Part shown: in pieces, positions 19,274 to 31,400 of the stretch
Numbering within the stretch: the first letter of the stretch is position 1
Layout of the letters: every line of letters starts with the position of its first letter
IMG/VR virus record: IMGVR_UViG_3300023174_005626
Span: 1 to 64,000 of that record
DNA from: a virus
Taxonomy: Duplodnaviria > Caudoviricetes
Length of the DNA: 64,000 bases
Strand: one strand, 5' to 3'
Program-made: the position numbers and the translations under genes
The notes under the pieces: model-generated
Database searches by the model: none
What the model saw: the letters and a program-made list of their open reading frames with translations, nothing else
What the model was told of the DNA's origin: nothing

Positions 19274-20656
19274 TTAAATAGATTTTTGCTGAGATTCTCT
19301 CTCTTTTCTTTTTTCAAGAAGTTCCTTAACCCTATCTCTTTTTCTTTCCTCTTGTTGCTCCTCAAAGCCCAAGAATGTGACTGATGATTCAGTATCTATT
19401 TCAAGAAGTTCATTGTTAAATTTGCAGTTTTCAAAGACAACTCCGTCTTTACCAAGACGTGACTTTGTAATGGCAATTGTCGCCAAGTTCATCTCCTTCT
19501 GTTGGAGACTTTTAGCCACCGTGATGATTACGTGTCCTACTTGAGCTTTTTTAATTGAACCTCCCATTTGGTCAGTCGTTACAACTTCAGATGAAATTGA
19601 ACTTCTGTTACCTTGGGTTGCCGTCCAACCAACCAGATTAAGTTCATGACACATTGCTTCAAAACCTCTCATTACAGAACCTTCAGCTTTCCATTCGTCC
19701 TTAGCACTTGATTCAGGTAATACACAATCAATATAATCCAATAAGATTAAATCAATCTTGTTTCCATCAGCAATCATCTTTCTAACTTGATTTTTGATTT
19801 GACTCATGGTTGTTGTATCAGATGCAAGTTTTTTAAGAATTAACTTATTCTTCATTGTTTCTTGAATCTCAGTAATTTTTCCTATCACTTCTTCTTTGTG
19901 AAGAGCTAAATTATCTGGTTCAATACCTGTCCATATGGTAAAGTGTTTTCTTTGAACAATCTTGGGGTTATCCTCAAAAAATATTTGAAGAACATTATAT
20001 CCCAAGTTGAAAGCTGTGTTTGCAATTTTAGTAAGAATAGTAGTTTTACCAACCCCTGTTGGAGCCAATATAACACCAATCTCACCTTTGGCTAATCCAC
20101 CCTTAAGTAATCTATCAATACCTGCAATTCCCATCGGGATTGGATGTCTATAGTCCTCGTCCAATACTGTGTCAAGTCCCATGAAGATATCAGTAACATT
20201 CTTTTCAACCTCACCTACCTGAAGGGCTTCTCTAACCAGTCCTTCAACTTTGTCATAAGATTCAAAATCACCCTCTGTGATAATTTTTTGAGCCCTATCC
20301 ATTGCTTTTTGAAGTTCTTGTTGTTTACAGAACTTTAAGGCTTTTTCTTGTACAAAAACCGTCCCTTCAAATGGTGCGTCTTTGATTTGCTTTAGAGTAT
20401 CCAAAACAATCTTTGCAACCATTTCCTGTGTGATTTCAGACTTAACAATCTGTTCCAAAGTATCAAAGTTGGGACAAGATTCATATTTTGAATGATACTC
20501 CTTAATCATCTGTAAGATGATTTTAAAGTACTTGTTGTCAAAATAAGAACTCTCAATCACATCAATAATTGATGATGCAAAATCTTTGTCCTCTATGATT
20601 TGGTTAATTAATTGTAGTTGGAATGTATTCCCTAAGTAATCAAAATTTTTATTCAT
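19274..20656 (-). CDS. dnaB: Replicative DNA helicase (DnaB / T4 gp41-like)
   Basis: Walker A APTGVGKT, ILLDYID, WTATQGNR, KSRLG. Confidence 0.9.
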   Translation of the reverse strand: MNKNFDYLGNTFQLQLINQIIEDKDFASSIIDVIESSYFDNKYFKIILQMIKEYHSKYESCPNFDTLEQIVKSEITQEMVAKIVLDTLKQIKDAPFEGTVFVQEKALKFCKQQELQKAMDRAQKIITEGDFESYDKVEGLVREALQVGEVEKNVTDIFMGLDTVLDEDYRHPIPMGIAGIDRLLKGGLAKGEIGVILAPTGVGKTTILTKIANTAFNLGYNVLQIFFEDNPKIVQRKHFTIWTGIEPDNLALHKEEVIGKITEIQETMKNKLILKKLASDTTTMSQIKNQVRKMIADGNKIDLILLDYIDCVLPESSAKDEWKAEGSVMRGFEAMCHELNLVGWTATQGNRSSISSEVVTTDQMGGSIKKAQVGHVIITVAKSLQQKEMNLATIAITKSRLGKDGVVFENCKFNNELLEIDTESSVTFLGFEEQQEERKRDRVKELLEKRKERESQQKSI

Positions 20657-20691
20657 ATCTTCTTTTCTATCCCCCTTGTATTATTAAATAG

Positions 20692-21144
20692 TTACTTACT
20701 CAAATCAAATTCCAAATATTTGTAACTTAATTTGTTATTTGAAAAAATGTCAGTCAGTTCTCTTAAGACATCTTTTAAAAATGGTCTTACGTCAACCGTA
20801 TAACGAACTTTTGGCGGATATCTTTTTCCGTCAAAAACTCTATGACAAATTGTCTGTTCCCCAACCTTAACAAAAAGGTTAAAAACTTCAGCTCCGTCAG
20901 TGAATGATGTGTTCATAATTGAAGCATCATGTTCAATAGAATCTCTGTTGTCCATCATATAGACAACTGTCTTCATTTTCAAATAATAGTGTAGCTCTTC
21001 ACTTAAAGATTTCATGAATTCATACAACTCTAAAGAGTTCTTTGCCTTAGGATTATAGTTCCTAACATTAAAGAATCTCTGTACGACAATGTTGTCGTTA
21101 AGGGTTAAAAGGAATTCCATTTTGGTGCTGTCCATCTCTTTCAT
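20692..21144 (-). CDS. Hypothetical protein (replication module)
   Basis: 150-aa ORF between exonuclease and helicase, tightly spaced. Confidence 0.7.
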   Translation of the reverse strand: MKEMDSTKMEFLLTLNDNIVVQRFFNVRNYNPKAKNSLELYEFMKSLSEELHYYLKMKTVVYMMDNRDSIEHDASIMNTSFTDGAEVFNLFVKVGEQTICHRVFDGKRYPPKVRYTVDVRPFLKDVLRELTDIFSNNKLSYKYLEFDLSK

Positions 21145-21148
21145 AATT

Positions 21149-22150
21149 TTAATTTTTGTTTGTGTTTCGTTTTTCTTTTCTAGTAAGTTTCATAAATGGT
21201 TTTAGGAAGTTTACCCAAGCCTCATCATTCTTAGGTAGGTAATTAAAGAGACCATCTTCCATCATCAGTCTCATTAAATTCTTATATCCTCTGTCGGTGG
21301 GGTCTATTGTATCGGTATAGATTTGTTCTACAAGTTGTTTTCCTTCATTAGTTATCAGAGGGCTATGAAGGTCAACGATTTTAGAGTTTATTGTATAGAA
21401 CTCTTCTCCAAGTATACCGCTTTTTGTCTTCCCAGTCAAAATATTTGACAAACTTTTCGTAGGTTTCTTTTGCGGGATATTTCGTGCATTATCCAATAAT
21501 TCTTGGACAGTGCATGTTTTTTCCTGCATTTGTGGGAATAATTTAACAAGGGTTTTTTCACCTAATCCCTCAATACCTTCAATGTTATCTGATTTATCTC
21601 CCGTAAATATTTTACACACGGTTACATTCTGATGAGGAATGTCCACCTTGTTAATAGAAATCTTGTCACCATTTTTGTAATATTGTTTGTGAACTGGAGA
21701 ATAAATTGTAACCCATTTGGATATGAGTTGGGTGAGGTCTTTATCACCTGAGAATATAATAATATTTTCGTCTACGGAAATTTTACAATAATAAGCAATT
21801 AGGTCATCGGCTTCGTTATTTGCCATTTCAACCTGTCGTACAAATATCTCCTCCAAATACGTCTTAACTCTTGCCTTTTGTTGTAAGTAAGATTCATATT
21901 TGTACTCGTTCATATCTTGTCTTCGGTTACCCTTATATTGTGGGTATATACCTTTTCTGATGGATGAATTTGAATCACCATCCCAAAATACTACCACTTT
22001 ATCGTGGTTATGCTCTTCAAGGAAACGACGTAGTGTATTAATGAAGTGATACACTCCACCCACATGACTACCGTCTGTATAGAGTTCTTTTACTCCATGA
22101 AATCCAATTTTAAATAGGTTGTCTCCGTCAACCAATAGGGTCTTACTCAC
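21149..22150 (-). CDS. 5'-3' exonuclease / flap endonuclease (T4 RNase H / PolI N-terminal type)
   Basis: LLVDGDN, VFWDG, YPQYKGNR, EADDLI, SGDKDLTQL, GDKSDNIEGIEGLGEKT (H3TH). Confidence 0.93.
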   Translation of the reverse strand: MSKTLLVDGDNLFKIGFHGVKELYTDGSHVGGVYHFINTLRRFLEEHNHDKVVVFWDGDSNSSIRKGIYPQYKGNRRQDMNEYKYESYLQQKARVKTYLEEIFVRQVEMANNEADDLIAYYCKISVDENIIIFSGDKDLTQLISKWVTIYSPVHKQYYKNGDKISINKVDIPHQNVTVCKIFTGDKSDNIEGIEGLGEKTLVKLFPQMQEKTCTVQELLDNARNIPQKKPTKSLSNILTGKTKSGILGEEFYTINSKIVDLHSPLITNEGKQLVEQIYTDTIDPTDRGYKNLMRLMMEDGLFNYLPKNDEAWVNFLKPFMKLTRKEKRNTNKN

Positions 22151-22170
22151 ATCTCTTTTTTAGAGGGTTA

Positions 22171-23199
22171 CTAATCTTCTTTCTCTTCTTTTAAATCAAA
22201 ATCACCATCCGTACCGATAATGTCTTTCCAATATTCGGCATATTCTTTCTTATACTTTTCAATTGAAGCTTTTTCTTCAGTTGTTTCTTTTCCTGCCAAG
22301 AACCCGTGTGGTGTAACGATAATTCTACCGTCATCAAATCCTAAACCATTGATGTGGTTCTTTAACACAGACACCTTACTTCTAACTGCGAACTTAATAG
22401 AACGCTTATCTTTAGTTGCGGTAATCTTTGTTGTACCAGCACCTTTTTGGTTACCAAATAAAAATACCAATGATGAGTTTAACCATACAGCATTTCCACC
22501 TTTAGCCATAATCTTTGGTTGTCCAAATGGATTATCAGGTAATTCTACCCAAGGTTGATTGATGATAATCAAAGTGTTTTCCCATTTAGAGTCAGCCTTT
22601 CTTGAACCTGAAATTCTTTGGTTAATACCCATACCAATCTTATCTGATAATACAGAGGCGTTATGTTGTTTACCTCCCTTACCGTCATAGGTCATCTTAC
22701 ATGGTACAGAACCCACTGAGTCCCATATAAAGCATAAGCTTGGTGATTGTACTCCATCTTCATCTTCGTAGTCTAATTCACCCTTTTCTTGAGCATCTAA
22801 CAATGAGTTGATGTAGTCAGTAATTTGCTCAATGTAGCTGAAGTTGTTATTGAAGATGAAAAATCCACCCCAATCCATCTCTCCTGTTTCTTCGTCAACA
22901 ATCTCTTCACACTCAAAACCCATAAGCTTTGCGTGGTCAAAAGACCATTTCTGTTCTGTAATAACAAACACAGGTAATATCTTTTTCTTTTGACAATCAA
23001 CTGCCGCCTTAATTGCTGCCGTTGTTTTACCTGTATCCGAGTGACCCAAGAACATATTCAAGTGTCCAATTGCAGGTCCAGGAAGACCTACTGCATCTAA
23101 GAAATCTCCACCTAAGTCAAGAAATCTTTGAGGCTTATATTTTGCGGAAGTTGAAAACTTCTCCTTAACTTTATTAAAGTTGTTCTTCTTGATTGCCAT
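22171..23199 (-). CDS. uvsX: RecA/UvsX-like recombinase
   Basis: GHSDTGKT Walker A, ITEQK, FIWDSVGSV, IIINQ, KGGNA, KNH. Confidence 0.88.
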   Translation of the reverse strand: MAIKKNNFNKVKEKFSTSAKYKPQRFLDLGGDFLDAVGLPGPAIGHLNMFLGHSDTGKTTAAIKAAVDCQKKKILPVFVITEQKWSFDHAKLMGFECEEIVDEETGEMDWGGFFIFNNNFSYIEQITDYINSLLDAQEKGELDYEDEDGVQSPSLCFIWDSVGSVPCKMTYDGKGGKQHNASVLSDKIGMGINQRISGSRKADSKWENTLIIINQPWVELPDNPFGQPKIMAKGGNAVWLNSSLVFLFGNQKGAGTTKITATKDKRSIKFAVRSKVSVLKNHINGLGFDDGRIIVTPHGFLAGKETTEEKASIEKYKKEYAEYWKDIIGTDGDFDLKEEKED

Positions 23200-23482
23200 T
23201 TTGTATTCTTTTTATGTTTGGTAATTTATTTATTTTGTTTTGGTTGTAGAATATAGTGTCTTCTTCGTAAAGTACTCCAATCTCATCTTCATGAAATGTA
23301 ATCAACGATAGAGGTAACTCACCCTTTTTACTTTCTTCTCTCAACATACCAAACAAAACAGTATCACCTATTTGTTTACTCCTACCTGAAAAGTAATTTT
23401 TATCTTTAAGTAGATTCAATATATCATAAGATAATATTTTATTATCTCTTGATTGTAATTCAACTTCTTCTTTAAATGTCAT
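23174..23482 (-). CDS. Hypothetical protein
   Basis: ORF track 23174..23512. ATG 23482 (MTFKEEV), just after the terminator U-tract, is the likely start. Confidence 0.6.
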   Translation of the reverse strand: MTFKEEVELQSRDNKILSYDILNLLKDKNYFSGRSKQIGDTVLFGMLREESKKGELPLSLITFHEDEIGVLYEEDTIFYNQNKINKLPNIKRIQNGNQEEQL

Positions 23483-23485
23483 ATG

Positions 23486-23516
23486 AAAAAAAATAAGGGT
23501 GGCTTTCACCACCCTT
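23486..23516 (-). terminator. Rho-independent terminator after the SSB gene
   Basis: AAGGGTGG-TGAAAG-CCACCCTT followed by ATTTTTTT on the minus strand. Confidence 0.8.
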
Positions 23517-23526
23517 GGTTATAAAA

Positions 23527-24381
23527 TTAGAACGGTAAATCCGAATCTACGTCAGCGTCAGCTTGTGGGTCTTCAACTTTCTTAGAAGTTGATTTTGAAC
23601 CTCCAATTGTTTCTTCAGATACAGTTGCGTCTCCGTAAACATATCCACCTTTTTCGCTATCCCATTTTGGAGTTTCTCCTCTTGCGATTGCTTCAAGATA
23701 TTCTACAGGTTTTTTAGAGTAAACATCGTTCCATGTTAACTCGTCATTAATCCAAGCGTCTGCTTGTTCTTTTTCTGCGTGAACAGGGCCTTGGTCTTCA
23801 TACATAATTGCGGATACAGTTGTGTATTCTTTGCCTTTCGGAGTTTTTGACTTAGCCAATTCAATGATAAGGTCACGACCAACTGTTGGGTCAGTGATAT
23901 CACCTTTGTTTCTCCAAATTGGAATGATTTTGTCCAAGATACCTTCGTTCTTGTAATTGTGTTTGAATCTCCAAAACTTTGGTCCGTCTTGTTCATTGTC
24001 TCTATCAATAACCTTCACGATATAAAACTTACGTGATTTGTATTGTTTTGCCAATTCTTTGTCGGATTCTTTTCCTGTTGACATCAACTCTTCGTAAACC
24101 TCATTCAAAGGTGAACGTTCGTTGTTATTTTTTGCTGGGTCATAGAACTTTTGCCATTGACCACCTACTTGGATTTCATGATACCAAGCTTCTTTGAATG
24201 GTGAAGAACCATCTGGTGTAGGGAGGATTCTAATCTTCCTTTGACCTGATTTCTCTTTATCCCCAAGGATTAAAGCGAAATACTTTTTCATTCTTTCGTC
24301 TTGCGACATTTTTGATTGGGCCCCGCCCCCAAATTGATTTTTTTCATACTGTGCCAATACGGCGTCTAATGCATTACTCAT
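23527..24381 (-). CDS. ssb: Single-stranded DNA-binding protein (T4 gp32-like)
   Basis: IRILP, KVIDRDNEQDGPKFW, GDITDPTVGRDL and acidic C-terminal tail ending DVDSDLPF; located next to recA. Confidence 0.85.
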   Translation of the reverse strand: MSNALDAVLAQYEKNQFGGGAQSKMSQDERMKKYFALILGDKEKSGQRKIRILPTPDGSSPFKEAWYHEIQVGGQWQKFYDPAKNNNERSPLNEVYEELMSTGKESDKELAKQYKSRKFYIVKVIDRDNEQDGPKFWRFKHNYKNEGILDKIIPIWRNKGDITDPTVGRDLIIELAKSKTPKGKEYTTVSAIMYEDQGPVHAEKEQADAWINDELTWNDVYSKKPVEYLEAIARGETPKWDSEKGGYVYGDATVSEETIGGSKSTSKKVEDPQADADVDSDLPF

Positions 24382-24402
24382 TTTAAAGTGTTTTATTGTT
24401 TA

Positions 24403-24434
24403 TTAAATATAATTGGGAAATCCCTATATGTCAA
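24403..24434 (-). promoter_or_regulatory. Sigma70-like promoter for the ssb/recA operon
   Basis: TTGACA (24434-24429), 17-nt spacer, TATATT (24411-24406), continuing TAA. Confidence 0.7.
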
Positions 24435-24437
24435 ATT

Positions 24438-24465
24438 AAAAAGGGACTTTTCAGTCCCCTTTTTT
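24438..24465 (-). terminator. Rho-independent terminator
   Basis: GGGACT-GAAA-AGTCCC followed by TTTTT on the minus strand, right after the stop at 24464. Confidence 0.8.
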
Positions 24466-25141
24466 ATCTTTTGAATTCGTTGTCATAACTATCACCACCG
24501 CCTGGTTGGAATGAACCTTTGATATCACTTGAGTTAATATCTTCAACTTCATCTGAAGTTAATACATACTCATGCTTACCAGTCTTTTCCATATCTTCTT
24601 GTTTGTCATCAAAAAATGTTGAAAGTTTTTGGTTAAATGGATATGAATCCAAACTTCTTAATTCCAATTTTTCTTGTGGAGTTTTTTCTCTGTATTTTTC
24701 TATTTTGTTTTCAAGAGAATTCAACTTGTTCATGATAGAATCCATTTCACCCAATTTAGATTCTAAGTTTGAAAGTTGACTGAATAAATTTTCAAAATAT
24801 TCTTCTTGTTTTGTTTCAATATTCTTTTGTGAATCTACTAAATCAGTGATATCCAATTCTTCAGTACCACTACCTTCGTCTTTTTTATCTTCAGACTTTC
24901 CTTCGTCATCAATCTTTTCAACGTCAGGGTCACTGTCAACGTCAATTGGTTGAGGTGCTTCAGGTGCTGGAGGTGCTGTTACATCAGCAGGTGGAGGTGG
25001 CGCTCCCGCTCCTACTTCACCAGGTGCTGGTGCTAATGCCCCTAAATCTGGTGGTGGAGGTGCTGCCGCTTGCTCCAAGATATAGTTATTAATATTTCTA
25101 TATCTTTCAATCTCGCTTATAATTTTTTTATCTAAACTCAT
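24464..25141 (-). CDS. Pro-rich acidic coiled-coil protein, possible prohead core/internal head protein
   Basis: 225 aa. N-terminal IISE/ILEQ motifs, AAAPPPP linker, acidic stretch, heptad coiled coil. Confidence 0.5.
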   Translation of the reverse strand: MSLDKKIISEIERYRNINNYILEQAAAPPPPDLGALAPAPGEVGAGAPPPPADVTAPPAPEAPQPIDVDSDPDVEKIDDEGKSEDKKDEGSGTEELDITDLVDSQKNIETKQEEYFENLFSQLSNLESKLGEMDSIMNKLNSLENKIEKYREKTPQEKLELRSLDSYPFNQKLSTFFDDKQEDMEKTGKHEYVLTSDEVEDINSSDIKGSFQPGGGDSYDNEFKR

Positions 25142-25145
25142 TTTT

Positions 25146-25370
25146 TTATCCGTTTAATAATGTTTTAACTCCTCTTGAAGTTTCAACTCTAACTTTTCTG
25201 TTTATTGTTGTTTGGTGGCCCGCTCTTTCAATAAGACCGTCTCTTTCTCTAACGGTGTAACAATCGCCTGTGTCTAAATCACAAACTTGTTTTGTTCCAT
25301 CTCCGTTATCTTCCTCAGAATATCTTACTGATTTTCCAAGGTAATTGTCTAATGCTGATTTTAAATTCAT
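25146..25370 (-). CDS. Small hypothetical protein (CDLDTGDC)
   Basis: 74-aa ORF preceded by the TATTTAT motif. Confidence 0.65.
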   Translation of the reverse strand: MNLKSALDNYLGKSVRYSEEDNGDGTKQVCDLDTGDCYTVRERDGLIERAGHQTTINRKVRVETSRGVKTLLNG

Positions 25371-25401
25371 AAAAATCTTTTTATATAAATATATTGTTAT
25401 G

Positions 25402-28400
25402 TTATAAAGTGAATGGCTGGCTCAATACGGTTTGCTTGAGTTCCTCTCCATTTATTGGTGATGTGTAACCATATGGGTAATATTCAATTTGAAGTCTGAA
25501 TGTACCTATGGTAGAGACCGTCCATTCATTGGTGTAATTTGTATTGATTCCTCCTCCTCCGCTATATGGTACAGATTCATAAGTCGTAGCGTTTAATATT
25601 CTTGAACTTCCTTTCCATTCAGATTTATATTCTTCACCTGGAGGTAAAACAAATTCTAATGTAATATATCCTCCTGCAGGTTTTTTAATATTGTAGAATG
25701 TAAATCCATTTCCACCTAACTGCATTGATTCACTATATTTTACAATTGCTAGTTGTTTTGGTGCGAATGTTGGTTTTGTTTGTGTTGTAGGCACATCAAC
25801 AACAGGTACTTGGGTTTGATTAGGTAAAGTATACCAAAGTTTAAATTGAAATTGTTGAATGACAGGTGATTGTTCACCCTTATACGCTTTGAGAACAAAA
25901 ACCATGTCAATTTGTGTTTTTCCTTCGTTCTTTGGTATATTATTTGTTAAAAAAGATTCTACCTGCTCGAGAGTGATATTGAACTCACCATTTGTTACTT
26001 GTCCTTGAACAGTCAATTGGCTCTGAGAAACTCTTTTTCTTGTAACTTTACCGTTTGCATTTTCCAATTCATAAACAACGTAATTTAATTCGGCATCGGC
26101 TCCTAATGTCCAACCAGGTGCTTGAGGATTTATTTTTACGTTTAAAGATTTGGTTTTGCTTTCATTAAGCTGTACTGCAGTTCCTATCATTGTAATAGCC
26201 CCTGTGTTTTGTGGATTAGTATTAGAATTCATAGATGGTGAAACTACTGAGGTTTGATTATTACCCGCATACCCACCAGGAGACGCTGCCGCCGCCGCAG
26301 TGACTGATGGGTCGTATTTAAATAAAGTGGTTGTAAGATATTCACCATAGTCACCACTCACAAGTTTAATTTTTCCTTCAGTAAGAACACCAGTACCAAT
26401 TTGTGGTAAAGTTAATCTTATGGTTTCATTATTAAGTAGGGTGACATTGTTATTATCTTTAACAACAATATCAGTGTTTGCAATTACAATCTTAGTCACA
26501 ACATCTAAGTTTGTTCCATTGATTTGTAAAATAGTTCCCTTATTTCCGACCAATGGTGAGAATGTTGTTATTGTTGCTGGAGGGCAAACTTGTCCTGGCA
26601 ATACAGGTGCTGGAGTTGGTGTTGTCTTAACATCAATTTGTTTAATTTTTTCCTGAACTTTTTTCAACTCAGCAATTAATTCTTTTCTTGTTACTTCTTT
26701 AATAATTCCAACTCTGACACATGATTGTAGTGCTTCCTTAATTGTATTTCTAACTTCAGTATATTGGGATAAATGAGATTGATAATACCCTATGCTAACG
26801 TTTTCTTTAGGCCAGTTACAAACATAATATTGTGGTAACCCACCAGATGTTTGGGCTGGGTCTAAAATTCTTGGCACATTCTTTTCAAGTCTTGCCGCCA
26901 TGAATTTGATGTACGAATCCAAGTCCTTGAACCCAACTAAAGGTTCCGATGTTCCGTTTGGCAATCCACTTCCTTTCACATTAATACAAGAATATTGTTT
27001 TACAAAATACTCTGTTGTTGGAGCCCAATTAATATATAATGAAATACCTCCAAAGTTATTGTTAAACCCATTAAATTCACCATTACCTTTCGTTCCACTA
27101 TTTTTTACATAACTTCTAACATATGATATTGAATATATGACCGCTTGTAACGCTTCTTTTCCTGGCAATAACGCAATTAATCTATCCGCAAACGCTTTGC
27201 TACTAATGTTAGTTGGTTTTGCAGGAACATTTTGATAATCTGGGTACGCATTAACATCAACATTACTTAGACAACTATTTGATGCGTCTACAGTATTATC
27301 GGCCTTTTGAACTACTTCAACAGTCTTTTGATTATTAGTAATACCTGCAATAGTTGGAATATCTTTTTTAATTTTTAGAACCTCTTCAAGCTTAGTTAAT
27401 AGGTTTTGATTGATACTTTGTAAGAAATTATCTATTGCTGGTAAGTCATATATACCTTGTCTAACACCTGTAAAACTTGTTTGGAAATTTCCTGGTTGAA
27501 TTTGATGTTGGACATCTAAAATCATATAAGGTCCGTTAAACATTGGAACATGTCTAAGATTAAAATACATTGCTGGTTGTAACATTGCGTTCCCCAAACA
27601 AGTTACTGTGGCTTTATAACTTCGTTGTTTGTAGATGTTATATAAGCTAGCATTCTGTGTTGCAACATTTTTACCCGTTGCATTATCAACCATGTTAATC
27701 AGTGTATTGATTGCCTCAGATGTTGCCAATCCATTATCTTGTGAAACACTAAATGAATAAAAGATATTTTGATTTCTTGTTCCGATATCTACGTTAAATC
27801 CAACGCATCTATTAGATAACCCCCAATCTTTTTTACCTTGTTGATTTTCAATTAAAGGATTTTCTGAAGCTCTTCTTAACTCAAATGAATCATCTCTAAA
27901 TCTAAAATTACCTTTAGGTAAATCCAAATAACTTGAGGGTTTAGGTGAATAGAAACAAACCATTTTCGGACTAGATTTTCTATAATCCACATCTAAGAAA
28001 GTTCCCCACATGCTATTTGCAAACTCCAACGACCCTTCTGTTTGTGGTATCTCAGTTCCATCAATATTTTGTACGTTATAGAAATTTACATACGCAGGTA
28101 AGTTCATAACCACAAAGTTATTCTTAATTAAAATACTTGCAACAAAACTATAAACACTCATAGCATTGTTTAAAGAATCTTTACTTACCATTCCTTGTAT
28201 ATCAAATATATCAATTAGAATTGTATCTCCAATATTTCTTGATGCTCTATCCAAAAACAACATATCTTCAAATAAAGTTTTTGTTCTAAAGTCATCACCC
28301 GCAATCCACTTATCATTTATCGCTTTAAACGTTTCCCAAAGTTCAACTTTAGGTTGTTCTCCACTAACAGCACTTGGTATAAATTTTTGCGGTAATTGTT

Positions 28401-31400
28401 GTTGTGTTGGTAATTTATTTCTTACACCAGACAAAACCAACCCTAATAAGTTATTTTGAAAATTTTCTTCTCTTTGAAGATATAAAGACAGTTGATTTTT
28501 AAATTGACCTGGTGTTAATTGTGGGCTTTCTAATTTTCTTGCCGCATACATTTTTATTAGTGGTGCCAAAATAACAACATTTGCCTCAGTAAATCTAATG
28601 TTGTTTTGAGTAAAGAAATCTGTGATATATGAACCAGTTGAACTGTATTCCACATTTGGGATTGTGGAGAATCCGACTTCGGTTTCAAGAGCCAACCAAG
28701 CTTTTGGATTATCAAGTTTTGATTGACTTAATAAAACCGTACCTCCCGCTGTTGGTAATGAACCTTGAATATATGGTTCAAATGGAATTGGGTCTGTGAC
28801 AACGGGCGCAGATAGATAAGATAAATAAGAATCAAAAACTCTTCTTCTATATTTTGACGGATTACCATTTCTAAATAAAATGTCGTATTGTAGAAACGCC
28901 CTTATTTCATTTTGGAAAGTTCCGTTCTGATTTGTTATTGTTGATGAGAAATACTCTAAAGTACTTTGACCTGTTGTGGGTTTAGGAACCACCATAGCAC
29001 TTCTCATTAATGATTGGAAATTTCTAAAATTAGCATTAAGGTTTGTGGTAGTAGTGTTGTATTGAGCCTCTGGTTGTAAAATATCCGCATCTGTAATTGG
29101 TTTACAGAAACTTAAAAACTCTTGTTCAAACTTATCTAAAGTACTCTTTTCAAACACAGAAAAAATTTCTTCTATTGATGAATAATTACTAGTTGATAAT
29201 AGTTTAAATGGTGATTGGTCTTTTTCTTGAGAGTCAATATGGTTAATATATTGATATGGTGTTGGCATAACAACCTGATTATTATCAAAATAACCAAAGT
29301 TTGGTGTTGACCACAAGGTTCTTACCGAACCATTATACATTGACGGGTTGTTGGTTAAATCAACATTGGTTTGTGGGTTTGTTGTCTGTAACCCAATACA
29401 CTCATCGTATGTCTGATTAAGCTGGGAACCAAAAGATGGAACAACATAATACAACACACCGTTTGTATTGTCATTAGGATTACAAGTAATATCATAATCA
29501 ACAAAGTCAGGAAGTAATACTGACCACGTACCAAGTGTTAAATTTTTACCCCCCTGTTGTGCTTGAATCCCTGAATCAGTAAATTGACAAAGCTTCATTC
29601 CTAAATTAATACTACTTTGTATCTCAGTATTAGAATATGTTGAATAAAGTTCAAATCCATTATAAAAAACGTTAAAGTCATTTATTAATTTAGGATAAAA
29701 CCCCGTATTAATTGTAATTAAATTTGTATCTTCTTTTTGTAACGTAATGCTTGTCGGAACTGTGTCTGTGGTTTGTCCATTAGATTTATAATATGAAAAG
29801 TCATATGTTTGTGTTAAGGAACTTAATTTTGGACTATAGTTTGTTTTATAGTCAAAATTTTTCCACACATCTGTGAGAATATCTTTTCCTGTTTGTTTGT
29901 ACAGTTTATATCTATACCAAATTGAACCCATTTTTAACATCCAAGCGTATGGTAATTTATGTATGGCACCAAACTTATTAAAACAAGATGCAATATAATC
30001 TAAATCAGTTGTTGTTGTACCATCAGTTGTCTTATATTTTTCCCTTAAGGTTGCCAACGGCAAAGAATTTAAAAATAGATAAGCCGCCTCAATAAAAGGA
30101 TATTTGGTACTTCTTCTTAAACCATTTACACCTTTTTGAATTGAATTAACAAAATAAGGCGTGTTTAACATTGATGTTGTGGTTCTGAATGGTAATGTAT
30201 TTGAAGGTGATAATCCGTATTTATAACCTTCAGTCGCAACGAAAACACTGGTGATACTGGATTCATAAAATGTTTTCAACCCTAATTCATTATTTAAACT
30301 CAATGACTTAGCAGTATCGGTTGGGTTAGTTGGATTTAGATATGAAAAGTTTGTAACAGGTCTATTTGTTTTAAAATCATAAACATCACTAAAGTTCGCA
30401 ATGATTTTTCTTGGCTCAAATACAGTCAAGGTTTTCTTGGTATTATAAACTTCATTATTTTGTGTGGTATTACCCTCACTCATATTATTCAAACACCATG
30501 TTGGGTCTGAAAATGGTAATACATCAACAATTAACTTATCATTGGTTGCAACACTCAATAACTGTCTAAGGGCTGGTGATGTAGTATTTGTTTGTGGTAT
30601 TTGACCCAAGTCTAAAATACTCAATATACTTGTTGGATTATCAATTAAAGCCTTCAAATAGGGTGTAACATAGAAGTCTCTAATAAAATCTTGATATGAT
30701 TTACCAGTTCCTCCATTTGAAAAGTTTTCTAAGTTTTGAACATAGTTTGCTGCGGTTAAATCGTAGTTTTTTAATTTAAATGTTAGATAAGGAGCAGTGA
30801 CATTAATACTATCAACAATATTAGTTACCTCAGTTTCTGTATTGAGAGTAATTAAATCACTTATTTGATTTTCATTTGCTCTAACCAATCCTGAATAATG
30901 AGAAGTTACAAATTGTCTTTCCCATATTTCATAGAAAAACTTCAATTCTTCTTTGTTCAAATATGCCGAACCAAAAGAAGGAAATTCAATTGCATTTATA
31001 TTTAAAATGTTTGTATATTTGTCATTCTCCAATGGGTCTGGTGATTGAGGGACATTAAACTTTTTTGTTATACCTTTAACATATTCCTCAACAAATTCAA
31101 CCTCAGGCCATTTGTCATACAAATATCCTTGAGTTTGGTCGGAAACACTTGGGTCTCCAATGTATTTTAATTGGAATCTACCTTTTTTATCTTCTGGTGT
31201 TTCAACAAAAAATAATGGCCAAGGGTATACAGGTATTTTTGAAGGGTCTAATGTTTCTTCAATATTTAACTGCATATCTAAAAACGGATTAGTTGCAACT
31301 TGGTCAATGGTTTCGGTACTTGGTGCTGAAGAGACATTATCTAAAATTGCCGATTTTCTAACAGGGTCATCTTTAACACTCCAAGCGTTTGTATGAACAT

